Part shown: positions 1-12,310 of the stretch, piece by piece
How the letters are laid out: the number at the start of each line of letters is the position of its first letter
Numbering within the stretch: the stretch's first letter is position 1
DNA from: Eledone cirrhosa
Taxonomy: Eukaryota
Reading direction: 5' to 3'
NCBI GenBank assembly: GCA_964016885.1
Contig: OZ024744.1
Location: 12,462,001-12,526,000, forward strand
Length of the DNA: 64,000 nucleotides
The notes under the pieces: generated by a model
What the model saw: only the letters and a program-made list of their open reading frames with translations
Told to the model about the DNA's origin: nothing
The model's database searches: none
Made by a program: the position numbers and the translations under genes

Positions 1-3000
1 TAGGTGGAAGTAGTGGTGTGATAACAGTAGTGTAGGTGGTAGTAGTGGTGCCATGACAGTAGTTTATGTGGTAGTAGAGGTGACATGACAGTGGTGTAGG
101 TTGTGCTAGAGGTGTTATGACAATAGTGTAGGTGGTGGTAGTGGTGACATGACAGTAGTGTAGGTGGTAGGAGTGGTGACATGACAGTAGGGAAGGTGGT
201 AGTAGGGTCACATGACAGTAGTGTAGGTGGTAGTAGTGGTGTCATGACAAATGTGTAGGTGGTAGTAGTGGTGACTTCACAGTAGTGTAGGTGGTAGTAG
301 TGGTGACATAACAATAGTGTAGGTAGTAGTAGTGGTGATATAAAAGTAGTGTAGGTTGTAGTAGTGGTGACAAATCAGTAGTGTAGGTGGTAGTAGTGGT
401 GACATAACAGAAGTGTAGGTGGTAGTAGTGGTATCATGACAGTAGTCTAGGTAGTAGTAGCGGTTACATAACAGTAGTGTAGGTGGTAGTAGTGCTGTCA
501 TGACAGAAGTGTAGGGTGTAGTAGTGGTGCCATAACAGTAGTGTAGGTGTTAGTAGTGTTTACATGACAGTAGTGTAGGTGGTAGTAGTGGTGACATGAC
601 AGTAGTGTAGGTGGTAGTAGTGGTGACATGACAGTAATGTAGGTGGTAAAGGTGGTGACATGACAGTAGTGTATGTGGTAGTATTGGTGACATGACAGTA
701 GTGTAGGTGGTAGTACGGTGACATGACAGTAGTGTAGGTGGTAGTAGTGGTGACATGACAATAGTGTAGGTGGTAGTAGTGGTGTCATGTCAATAGTGTA
801 GGTGGTAGTAGTGGTGTCATGACAGAAGTGTAGGTGGTAGTAGTGGTGACATGACAGTAGTGTAGCTGGTAGTAGTGTTATCATGACAGTAGTGTAGGTA
901 GTAGTAGTGGTGACATAAGAGTAGTGTAGGTGGTAATAGTGGTGACATGACAGTGGTGTAGGTGGTAGTAGTGGTGACATGACCGTAGTGTAGGTGGTAG
1001 TAGTGGTGTCATGACAGTAGTGTAGGTGGTAGTAGTGGTAACATGACAGTAGTGTAGGTGGTAGTAGTGGTGACATGACAGTAGTGTAGGTGGTAGTAGT
1101 GGTGTGATAACAGTAGTGTAGGTGGTGGTAGTGGTGACATGACAGTAGTGTAGGTGGGAGTAGAGTGACATGACAGTAGTGTAGGTGGTAGTAGTGGTGA
1201 CATAACAGTAGTGTAGGTGGTAGTAGTGGTGACATGACAGTAGTGTAGGTGGTAGTAGGGTGACATGACAGTAGTGTAGGTGGTAGTAGTGGTGTCATGA
1301 CAGTAGTGTAGGTGGTAGTAGTGGTGTCATGACAGTAGTGTAGGTGGTAGTAGTGGTGACATGACAGTAGTGTAGGTGGGAGTAGTGGTGACATGACAGT
1401 AGTGTATGTGGTAGTAGGGTGACATGACAGTTGTGTAGGTGGTAGTAGTGGTGTCATGACAATAGTGTAGGTGGTGGTAGTGGTGACATGACAGTAGTGT
1501 AGGTGGTAGTAGTGGTGACTTGACAGTAGTGTAGGTGGTAGTAGAGGTGACATGACAGTAGTGTAGGTCGTAGTAGTGGTGTCATGACAGTAGTGTAGGT
1601 GGTAGTAGTGGTGACATGACAGTAGTGTAGGTGGTAGTAGTGGTGTCATGACAGTAGGGTAGGTGGTAGTAGTGTTTACATGACAGTAATGTAGGTGGTA
1701 AAGGTGGTGACTTGACAGTAGTGTAGGTGGTAGTAGTGGTGTCATGACAGTAGTGTAGGTGGTAGTAGTGGTGACATGACACTAGTGTAGATGGTAGTAG
1801 GGTGACATGACAGTTGTGTAGCTGTTACTAGTGGTGTCATGACAATAGTGTAGGTGGTAGTATTGGTGAAATGACAGTAGTATAGGTGGTAGTAGTGGTG
1901 TCATGACAGTAGTGTAGGTGGTAGTAGAGGTGACATGACAGTAGTGTAGGTAGTAGTGGTGGCATGACAGTAGCGTAAGTGGTTGTAGTGGTGACATGAC
2001 AGTAGTGTAGGTGGTAGTAGTGGTGACATAACAGTAGTGTAGGTGGTAGTAGTGGTGACATGACAGTAGTGTAGGTGGTAGTAGTGGTGACATGACAGTA
2101 GTGTAGGTGGTAGTAGTGGTGTCATGATAGTAGTGTAGGTGGTAGTAGTGGTGTGATAACAGTAGTGTAGGTGGTAGTAGTAGTGACATGACAATAGTGT
2201 AGGTGGTAGTAGTGGTGCATGACAGTAGTGTAGGTGGGAGTAGTGGTGACATGACAGAAGTGTAGGTGGTAGTAGGGTGACATGACAGTTGTGTAGGTGG
2301 TAGTAGTGGTGACATCACAGTAGTGTAGGTAGTAGTGGTGGCAAAACAGTAGTGTAGGTGGTAGTAGTGGTGACATAACAGTAGTGTAGGTGGTAGTAGT
2401 GGTTACATGACAGTAGTGTAGGTGGTAGTAGTGGTGTCATGATAGTAGTGTAGGTGGTAGTAGTGGTGTGATAACAGTAGTGTAGGTGGTAGTAGGGTGA
2501 CATGACAGTAGTGTAGGTGGTAGTAGGGTGACATGACAGTAGTGTAGGTGGTAGTAGTGGTGTCATGACAATAGTGTAGGTGGTAGTAGTGGTGCCAGGA
2601 CAGTAGTGTAGGTGGTAGTAGTGGTGACATGACAGTAGAGTAGGTGGTAGTAGTGGTATCATGACAGTAGTGTAGGTAGTAGTAGTGGTGACATAACAGT
2701 AGTGTAGGTGGTAGTAGTGGTGACATGACAGTGGTGTAGGTGGTAGTTGTGGTGACATGACAGTAGTGTAGGTGGTAGTAGTGGTGACATAACAGTAGTG
2801 TAGGTGGTAGTAGTGGTAACATGACATTAGCGTAGGTAGTAGTAATGGTATCATGACAGTAGTGTAGGTGGAAGTAGTGGTGTGATAACAGTAGTGTAGG
2901 TGGTAGTAGTGGTGCCATGACAGTAGTTTATGTGGTAGTAGAGGTGACATGACAGTGGTGTAGGTTGTGCTAGAGGTGTTATGACAATAGTGTAGGTGGT

Positions 3001-3850
3001 GGTAGTGGTGACATGACAGTAGTGTAGGTGGTAGGAGTGGTGACATGACAGTAGGGAAGGTGGTAGTAGGGTCACATGACAGTAGTGTAGGTGGTAGTAG
3101 TGGTGTCATGACAAATGTGTAGGTGGTAGTAGTGGTGACTTCACAGTAGTGTAGGTGGTAGTAGTGGTGACATAACAATAGTGTAGGTAGTAGTAGTGGT
3201 GATATAAAAGTAGTGTAGGTTGTAGTAGTGGTGACAAATCAGTAGTGTAGGTGGTAGTAGTGGTGACATAACAGAAGTGTAGGTGGTAGTAGTGGTATCA
3301 TGACAGTAGTGTAGGTAGTAGTAGCGGTTACATAACAGTAGTGTAGGTGGTAGTAGTGCTGTCATGACAGAAGTGTAGGGTGTAGTAGTGGTGCCATAAC
3401 AGTAGTGTAGGTGTTAGTAGTGTTTACATGACAGTAGTGTAGGTGGTAGTAGTGGTGACATGACAGTAGTGTAGGTGGTAGTAGTGGTGACATGACAGTA
3501 ATGTAGGTGGTAAAGGTGGTGACATGACAGTAGTGTATGTGGTAGTATTGGTGACATGACAGTAGTGTAGGTGGTAGTACGGTGACATGACAGTAGTGTA
3601 GGTGGTAGTAGTGGTGTCATGACAATAGTGTAGGTGGTAGTAGTGGTGTCATGACAGAAATGTAGGTGGTAGTAGTTGTGACATGACAGTAGTGTAGCTG
3701 ATAGTAGTGTTATCATGACAGTAGTGTAGGTAGTAGTAGTGGTGACATAACAGTAGTGTAGGTGGTAGTAGTGGTGACATGACAGTGGTGTAGGTGGTAG
3801 TAGTGGTGACATGACCGTAGTGTAGGTGGTAGTAGTGGTGACATGACAGT
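1..3850. repeat. Higher-order duplication, offset about 2864 bp (1 to ~1000 repeated at 2865 to ~3850)
   Basis: Position 1 TAGGTGGAAGTAGTGGTGTGATAAC matches 2865. GATATAAAA occurs at 337 and 3201. ORFs 277..501 and 3141..3365 are near-identical. Confidence 0.85.
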
Positions 3851-3934
3851 AGTGTAGGTGGTAGTAGTGGTGTCATGACAGTAGTGTAGGTGGTAGTAGT
3901 GGTGACATGACAGTAGTGTAGGTGGTAGTAGTGG

Positions 3935-6900
3935 TGACATGACAGTAGTGAAGGTGGGAGTAGTGGTGACATGACAGTAGTGTAGTTGGTAGTAGGGTGA
4001 CATGACAGTTGTGTAGGTGGTAGTAGTGGTGTCACGACAGTAGTGTAGGTGGTAGTAGTGGTGAAATGACAGTAGAACAGGTGGTAGTAGTGCTGACATC
4101 ACAGTAGTGTTGGTAGTAGTGGTGGCAAAACAGTAATGTAAGTGGTTGTAGTGGTGACATGACAGTAGTGTAGGTGGTAGTAGTGGTGACATGACAGTAG
4201 TGTAGGTGGTAGTAGTGGTGACATGACAGTAGTGTAGGTGGTAGTAGCGGTGACATAACAGTGGTGCAGGTGGTAGTAGTGGTCTCATGACAGTAGTGTA
4301 GGTGGTAATAGTGGTGACATGACAGTAGTGTAGGTCGTAGTAGTGGTGACATGACAGTAGTGTAGGTGGAAGTAGTGGTGACATGACAGTAGTGTAGGTG
4401 GTAGTAGTGGTGACATGATAGTAGTGTAGGTGGTAGTAGTGGTGTGATAACAGTAGTGTAGGAGGTAGTAGGGTGACATGACAGTAGTGTAGGTGGTAGT
4501 AGGGTGACATGACAGTAGTGTAAGTGGTGTCATGACAATAGTGTAGGTGGTACTAGTGGTGCCATGACAGTAGTGTAGGTGGTAGTAGTGGTGACATGTC
4601 AGTAGTGTAGGTGGTAGTAGTGGTATCATGAGAGTAGTGTAGGTAGTAGTAGTGGTGACATAACAGTAGTGTAGGTGGTAGTAGTGGTGACATGACAGTG
4701 GTGTAGGTGGTAGTAGTGGTGACATGACAGTAGTGTAGGTGGTAGTAGTGGTGACATGACAGTAGTGTAGGTGGTAGTAGTGGTGACATGACAGTAGTTT
4801 AGGTGGAAGTAGTGGTGTGATAACAGTAGTGTAGGTGGTAGTAGTGGTGTCATGACAGTAGTGTAGGTGGTAGTAGTGGTGATATGACAGTGGTGTAGGT
4901 GCTAGTAGTGGTGACATGGCAATAGTGTAGGTGGTAGTAGTGGTGACATAACAGTAGTGTAGGTGGGAGTAGTGGTGACATGACAATAGTGTAGGTGGTA
5001 GTAGTGGTAAAATGACAGTAGTATAGGTGGTAGTAGTTGTGACATCACAGTAGTGTAGGTAGTAGTGGTGGCAAAACAGTAGTGTAAGTGGTTGTAGTGG
5101 TGATATGACAGTAGTGTAGGTGGTAGTAGTTGTGACATAACAGTAATGTAGGTGGTAGTAGTGGTGACATGAGAGTAGTGTAGGTGGTAGTAGTGGTGAC
5201 ATGACAGTAATGTAGGTGGTAGTCGTGGTGTGATAACAGTAGTGTAGGTGGTAGTAGTGGTGTCATGACAGTAGTTTATGTGGTAGTAGAGGTGACATAA
5301 CAGTGGTGTAGGTGGTAGTAGTGGTGTCATGACAATAGTGTAGGTGGTGGTAGAGGTGACTTGACAGTAGGGTAGGTGGTAGTAGGGTGACATGACAGTA
5401 GTGTAGGTGGTAGTAGTGGTGTCATGACAAAAGTGTAGGTGGTAGTAGTGGGGAGATGACAGTAGTGTAGGTGGTAGTAGTGGTGACATAACAATAGTGT
5501 AGGTAGTAGTAGTGGTGATATAAAAGTAGTGTAGGTTGTAGTAGTGGTGACAAGTCAGTAGTGTAGGTGGAAGTAGTGGTGACATAGCAGAAGTGCAGGT
5601 GGTAGTAGTGGTGTCATGACAGTAGTGTAGGTGGTAGTAGCGGTGTGATAACAGTAGTGTAGGTGGTAGTAGTGGTGACATGACAGTAGAGTAGGTGGGA
5701 GTAGTGGTGACATGACAGTAGTGTAGGTGGTAGTAGAGTGACATGACAGTAGTGTAGGTGGTAGTAGTGGTGACATGACAGTAGTGTATGTGGTAGTAGA
5801 GTGACATGACAGTAGTGTAGGTGGTTGTAGTGGTGACATGACAGTAGAGTAGGTGGGAGTAGTGGTGACATGACAGTAGTGTAGGTGGTAGTAGAGTGAC
5901 ATGATAGTAGTGTAGGTGGTAGTAGTGGTGACATGACAGTAGTGTAGGTGGTAGTAGTGGTGACATGACAGTAGTGTAGGTGGTAGTAGGGTGACATGAC
6001 AGTAGTGTAGGTGGTAGTAGTGGTGTCATGACAGTAGTGCAGGTGGTAGTAGTGGTGTCATGACAGTAGTGTAGGTGGTAGTAGTGGTGACATGACAGTA
6101 GTGTAGGTGGGAGTAGTGGTGACATGACAGTAGTGTATGTGGTAGTAGGGTGACATGACAGTTGTGTAGGTGGTAGTAGTGGTGTCATGACAATAGTGTA
6201 GGTGGTGGTAGTGGTGACATGACAGTAGTGTAGGTGGTAGTAGTGGTGACTTGATAGTAGTGTAGGTGGTAGTAAGGTGACATGACAGTAGTGTAGGTGG
6301 TAGTAGGGTGACATGACAGTAGTGTAGGTGGTAGTAGTGGTGTCATGACAGTAGTGTAGGTGGTAGTAGAGGTGACATGACAGTAGTGTAGGTCGTAGTA
6401 GTGGTGTCATGACAGTAGTGTAGGTGGTAGTAGTGCTGACATGACAGTAGTGTAGGTGGTAGTAGTGGTGTCATGACAGTAGGGTAGGTGGTAGTAGTGT
6501 TTACATGACAGTAATGTAGGTGGTAAAGGTGGTGACATGACAGTAGTGAAGGTGGGAGTAGTGGTGACATGACAGTAGTGTAGTTGGTAGTAGGGTGACA
6601 TGACAGTTGTGTAGGTGGTAGTAGTGGTGTCACGACAGTAGTGTAGGTGGTAGTAGTGGTGAAATGACAGTAGAACAGGTGGTAGTAGTGCTGACATCAC
6701 AGTAGTGTAGGTAGTAGTGGTGGCAAAACAGTAATGTAAGTGGTTGTAGTGGTGACATGACAGTAGTGTAGGTGGTAGTAGTGGTGACATGACAGTAGTG
6801 TAGGTGGTAGTAGTGGTGACATGACAGTAGTGTAGGTGGTAGTAGCGGTGACATAACAGTGGTGCAGGTGGTAGTAGTGGTCTCATGACAGTAGTGTAGG

Positions 6901-9130
6901 TGGTAATAGTGGTGACATGACAGTAGTGTAGGTCGTAGTAGTGGTGACATGACAGTAGTGTAGGTGGAAGTAGTGGTGACATGACAGTAGTGTAGGTGGT
7001 AGTAGTGGTGACATGATAGTAGTGTAGGTGGTAGTAGTGGTGTGATAACAGTAGTGTAGGAGGTAGTAGGGTGACATGACAGTAGTGTAGGTGGTAGTAG
7101 GGTGACATGACAGTAGTGTAAGTGGTGTCATGACAATAGTGTAGGTGGTACTAGTGGTGCCATGACAGTAGTGTAGGTGGTAGTTGTGGTGACATGTCAG
7201 TAGTGTAGGTGGTAGTAGTGGTATCATGAGAGTAGTGTAGGTAGTAGTAGTGGTGACATAACAGTAGTGTAGGTGGTAGTAGTGGTGACATGACAGTGGT
7301 GTAGGTGGTAGTAGTGGTGACATGACAGTAGTGTAGGTGGTAGTAGTGGTGACATGACAGTAGTGTAGGTGGTAGTAGTGGTGACATGACAGTAGTTTAG
7401 GTGGAAGTAGTGGTGTGATAACAGTAGTGTAGGTGGTAGTAGTGGTGTCATGACAGTAGTGTAGGTGGTAGTAGTGGTGATATGACAGTGGTGTAGGTGC
7501 TAGTAGTGGTGACATGGCAATAGTGTAGGTGGTAGTAGTGGTGACATAACAGTAGTGTAGGTGGGAGTAGTGGTGACATGACAATAGTGTAGGTGGTAGT
7601 AGTGGTAAAATGACAGTAGTATAGGTGGTAGTAGTTGTGACATCACAGTAGTGTAGGTAGTAGTGGTGGCAAAACAGTAGTGTAAGTGGTTGTAGTGGTG
7701 ATATGACAGTAGTGTAGGTGGTAGTAGTTGTGACATAACAGTAATGTAGGTGGTAGTAGTGGTGACATGAGAGTAGTGTAGGTGGTAGTAGTGGTGACAT
7801 GACAGTAATGTAGGTGGTAGTAGTGGTGTGATAACAGTAGTGTAGGTGGTAGTAGTGGTGTCATGACAGTAGTTTATGTGGTAGTAGAGGTGACATAACA
7901 GTGGTGTAGGTGGTAGTAGTGGTGTCATGACAATAGTGTAGGTGGTGGTAGAGGTGACTTGACAGTAGGGTAGGTGGTAGTAGGGTGACATGACAGTAGT
8001 GTAAGTGGTAGTAGTGGTGTCATGACAAAAGTGTAGGTGGTAGTAGTGGGGAGATGACAGTAGTGTAGGTGGTAGTAGTGGTGACATAACAATAGTGTAG
8101 GTAGTAGTAGTGGTGATATAAAAGTAGTGTAGGTTGTAGTAGTGGTGACAAGTCAGTAGTGTAGGTGGAAGTAGTGGTGACATAGCAGAAGTGCAGGTGG
8201 TAGTAGTGGTGTCATGACAGTAGTGTAGGTGGTAGTAGCGGTGTGATAACAGTAGTGTAGGTGGTAGTAGTGGTGACATGACAGTAGAGTAGGTGGGAGT
8301 AGTGGTGACATGACAGTAGTGTAGGTGGTAGTAGAGTGACATGACAGTAGTGTAGGTGGTAGTAGTGGTGATATGACAGTAGTGTAGGTGGTAGTAGAGT
8401 GACATGACAGTAGTGTAGGTGGTTGTAGTGGTGACATGACAGTAGAGTAGGTGGGAGTAGTGGTGACATGACAGTAGTGTAGGTGGTAGTAGAGTGACAT
8501 GATAGTAGTGTAGGTGGTAGTAGTGGTGACATGACAGTAGTGTAGGTGGTAGTAGTGGTGACATGACAGTAGTGTAGGTGGTAGTAGGGTGACATGACAG
8601 TAGTGTAGGTGGTAGTAGTGGTGTCATGACAGTAGTGCAGGTGGTAGTAGTGGTGTCATGACAGTAGTGTAGGTGGTAGTAGTGGTGACATGACAGTAGT
8701 GTAGGTGGGAGTAGTGGTGACATGACAGTAGTGTATGTGGTAGTAGGGTGACATGACAGTTGTGTAGGTGGTAGTAGTGGTGTCATGACAATAGTGTAGG
8801 TGGTGGTAGTGGTGACATGACAGTAGTGTAGGTGGTAGTAGTGGTGACTTGATAGTAGTGTAGGTGGTAGTAAGGTGACATGACAGTAGTGTAGGTGGTA
8901 GTAGGGTGACATGACAGTAGTGTAGGTGGTAGTAGTGGTGTCATGACAGTAGTGTAGGTGGTAGTAGAGGTGACATGACAGTAGTGTAGGTCGTAGTAGT
9001 GGTGTCATGACAGTAGTGTAGGTGGTAGTAGTGCTGACATGACAGTAGTGTAGGTGGTAGTAGTGGTGTCATGACAGTAGGGTAGGTGGTAGTAGTGTTT
9101 ACATGACAGTAATGTAGGTGGTAAAGGTGG
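3935..9130. repeat. Near-perfect tandem duplication, unit 2598 bp
   Basis: Markers are offset by exactly 2598: AAGGTGGGAG 3951/6549, GATATAAAA 5517/8115, GTAAAGG 6523/9121. ORF pairs 4285..5202/6883..7800 and 4902..6410/7500..9008 differ by only a few residues. Confidence 0.92.
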
Positions 9131-10849
9131 TGACATGACAGTAGTGTAGGTGGTAGTAGTGGTGACATGACAGTAGTGTAAGTGGTAATAGTGGTGACAT
9201 GACAGTAGTGTAGGTGATAGTAGGGTGACAGGACAGTTGTGTAGGTGGTAGTAGTTGTGTCATGACAGTACTGTAGGTGGTAGTAGTGGTGTCATGACAG
9301 TAGTGTAGGTGGTAGTAGTGGCGACATGACACTAGTGTAGGTGGTAGTAGGGTGACATGACAGTTGTGTAGGTGTTAGTAGTGGTGAAATGACAGTAGTA
9401 TAGGTGGTAGTAGTGGTGACATCACAGTAGTGTAGGTAGTAGTGGTGGCATGACAGTAGTGTAAGTGGTTGTAGTGGTGACATGACAGTAGTGTAGGTGG
9501 TAGTAGTGGTGACATAACAGTAGTGTAGGTGGTAGTAGTGGTGACATGACAGTAGTGTAGGTGGTAGTAGTGGTGACATGACAGTAGTGTAGGTGGTAGT
9601 AGTGGTGTCATGATAGTAGTGTAGGTGGTAGTAGTGGTGTGATAACAGTAGTGTAGGTGGTAGTAGTGGTGACATGACAATAGTGTAGGTGGTAGTAGTG
9701 GTGCATGACAGTAGTGTAGGTGGGAGTAGTGGAGACATGACAGTAGTGTAGGTGGTAATAGTGGTGACATCACAGTAGTGTAGGTAGTAGTGGTGGCAAA
9801 ACAGTAGTGTAGGTGGTAGTAGTGGTGACATGACAGTAGTGTAGGTGGTAGTAGTGGTTACATGACAGTAGTGTAGGTGGTAGTAGTGGTGTCATGATAG
9901 TAGTGTAGGTGGTAGTAGTGGTGTGATAACAGTAGTGTAGGTGGTAGTAGGGTGACATGACAGTAGTGTAGGTGGTAGTAGGGTGACATGACAGTAGAGT
10001 AGGTGGTAGTAGTGGTGTCATGACAATAGTGTAGGTGGTAGTATTGGTGACATGACAGTGGTGTAGGTGGTAGTAGTGGTGACATGACAATAGTGTAGGT
10101 GGTAGTAGTGGTGACATAACAGTAGTGCAGGTGGTAGTAGTGGTGACATGACAGTAGTGTAGGTGGTAGTAATGGTATCATGACAGTAGTGTAGGTGGAA
10201 GTAGTGGTGTGATAACAGTCGTGTAGGTGGTAGTAGTGGTGCCATGACAGTAGTTTAGGTCGTAGTAGAGGTGACATGACAGTGGTGTAGGTGGTGCTAG
10301 TGGTGTTATGACAATAGTGTTGGTGGTGGTAGTTGTGACATGACAGTAGTGTAGGTGGTAGGAGTGGTGACATGACAGTAGAGTAGGTGGTAGTAGGGTG
10401 ACATGACAGTAGTGTAGGTGGTAGTAGTGGTGTCATGACAAATGTGTAGATGGTAGTAGTGGTGACATGACAGTAGTGTAGGTGGTAGTAGTGGTGTGAT
10501 AACAGTAGTGTAGGTGGTAGTAGTGGTGACATGACAGTAGTGTAGGTGGGAGTAGTGGTGTCATGACAGTAGTGTAGGTGGTAGTAGTGTGACATGACAG
10601 TTGTGTAGTTGGTAGTAGTGGTGTCATGACAATAGTGTAGGTGATAGTAGTGGTGAAATGACAGTAGTGTAGGTGATAGTAGTGTTGACATGACAGTAGT
10701 GTAGGTGGTAGTAGTGGTGACATGACAGTAGTGTAGGTGGTAGTAGTGGTGACATAACAGTAGTGTAGGTGGTAGTAGTGGTATCATGACAGTAGTGTAG
10801 GTGGTAGTAGTGGTGACATGACAGTAGTGTAGGTGGTAGTAGTGGTGAC

Positions 10850-12310
10850 ATGACAGTAGTGTAGGTGGTAGTAGTGGTGACATGACAGTGGTGTAGGTGG
10901 TAGTAGTGGTGTGATAACACTAGTGTAGGTGGTAGTAGGGTGACATGACAGTAGTGTAGGTGGTAGTAGTGGACACATGACAGTAGTGTAGGTATTAGTA
11001 GTGGTGATATAACAGTAGGGTAGGTGGTAGTAGTGTTGACATGACCGTAGTGTAGGTGGTAGTAGTGGTGACATGACAGTAGTGTAGGTGGTAGTAGTGG
11101 TGTCATGACAGTAGTGTAGGTGGTAGTAGTGGTGACATGACAGTAGTGTAGGTGGTAGTAGTGGTGACATGACAGTAGTGAAGGTGGGAGTAGTGGTGAC
11201 ATGACAGTAGTGTAGTTGGTAGTAGGGTGACATGACAGTTGTGTAGGTGGTAGTAGTGGTGTCACGACAGTAGTGTAGGTGGTAGTAGTGGTGAAATGAC
11301 AGTAGAACAGGTGGTAGTAGTGCTGACATCACAGTAGTGTTGGTAGTAGTGGTGGCAAAACAGTAATGTAAGTGGTTGTAGTGGTGACATGACAGTAGTG
11401 TAGGTGGTAGTAGTGGTGACATGACAGTAGTGTAGGTGGTAGTAGTGGTGACATGACAGTAGTGTAGGTGGTAGTAGCGGTGACATAACAGTGGTGCAGG
11501 TGGTAGTAGTGGTCTCATGACAGTAGTGTAGGTGGTAATAGTGGTGACATGACAGTAGTGTAGGTGGTAGTAGTGGTGACATGACAGTAGTGTAGGTGGT
11601 AGTAGTGGTGACATGACAGTGGTGTAGGTGGTAGTAGTGGTGTGATAACACTAGTGTAGGTGGTAGTAGGGTGACATGACAGTAGTGTAGGTGGTAGTAG
11701 TGGACACATGACAGTAGTGTAGGTATTAGTAGTGGTGATATAACAGTAGGGTAGGTGGTAGTAGTGTTGACATGACCGTAGTGTAGGTGGTAGTAGTGGT
11801 GACATGACAGTAGTGTAGGTGGTAGTAGTGGTGTCATGACAGTAGTGTAGGTGGTAGTAGTGGTGACATGACAGTAGTGTAGGTGGTAGTAGTGGTGACA
11901 TGACAGTAGTGAAGGTGGGAGTAGTGGTGACATGACAGTAGTGTAGTTGGTAGTAGGGTGACATGACAGTTGTGTAGGTGGTAGTAGTGGTGTCACGACA
12001 GTAGTGTAGGTGGTAGTAGTGGTGAAATGACAGTAGAACAGGTGGTAGTAGTGCTGACATCACAGTAGTGTTGGTAGTAGTGGTGGCAAAGCAGTAATGT
12101 AAGTGGTTGTAGTGGTGACATGACAGTAGTGTAGGTGGTAGTAGTGGTGACATGACAGTAGTGTAGGTGGTAGTAGTGGTGACATGACAGTAGTGTAGGT
12201 GGTAGTAGCGGTGACATAACAGTGGTGCAGGTGGTAGTAGTGGTCTCATGACAGTAGTGTAGGTGGTAATAGTGGTGACATGACAGTAGTGTAGGTGGTA
12301 GTAGTGGTGA
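10850..12310. repeat. Tandem duplication, unit 731 bp (about 23 monomers)
   Basis: GTGATAACACTAG occurs at 10911/11642 and GGTCTCATG at 11511/12242. ORF ends 11265/11996 show the same offset. Confidence 0.9.

Noticed and set aside
498-1745. Zinc-finger or metal-binding repeat protein suggested by CHHYYHLHYCH
   Set aside because: The spacing does not match C2H2 or other known finger motifs. It is simply one reading frame of the ACT/ACC-rich strand.
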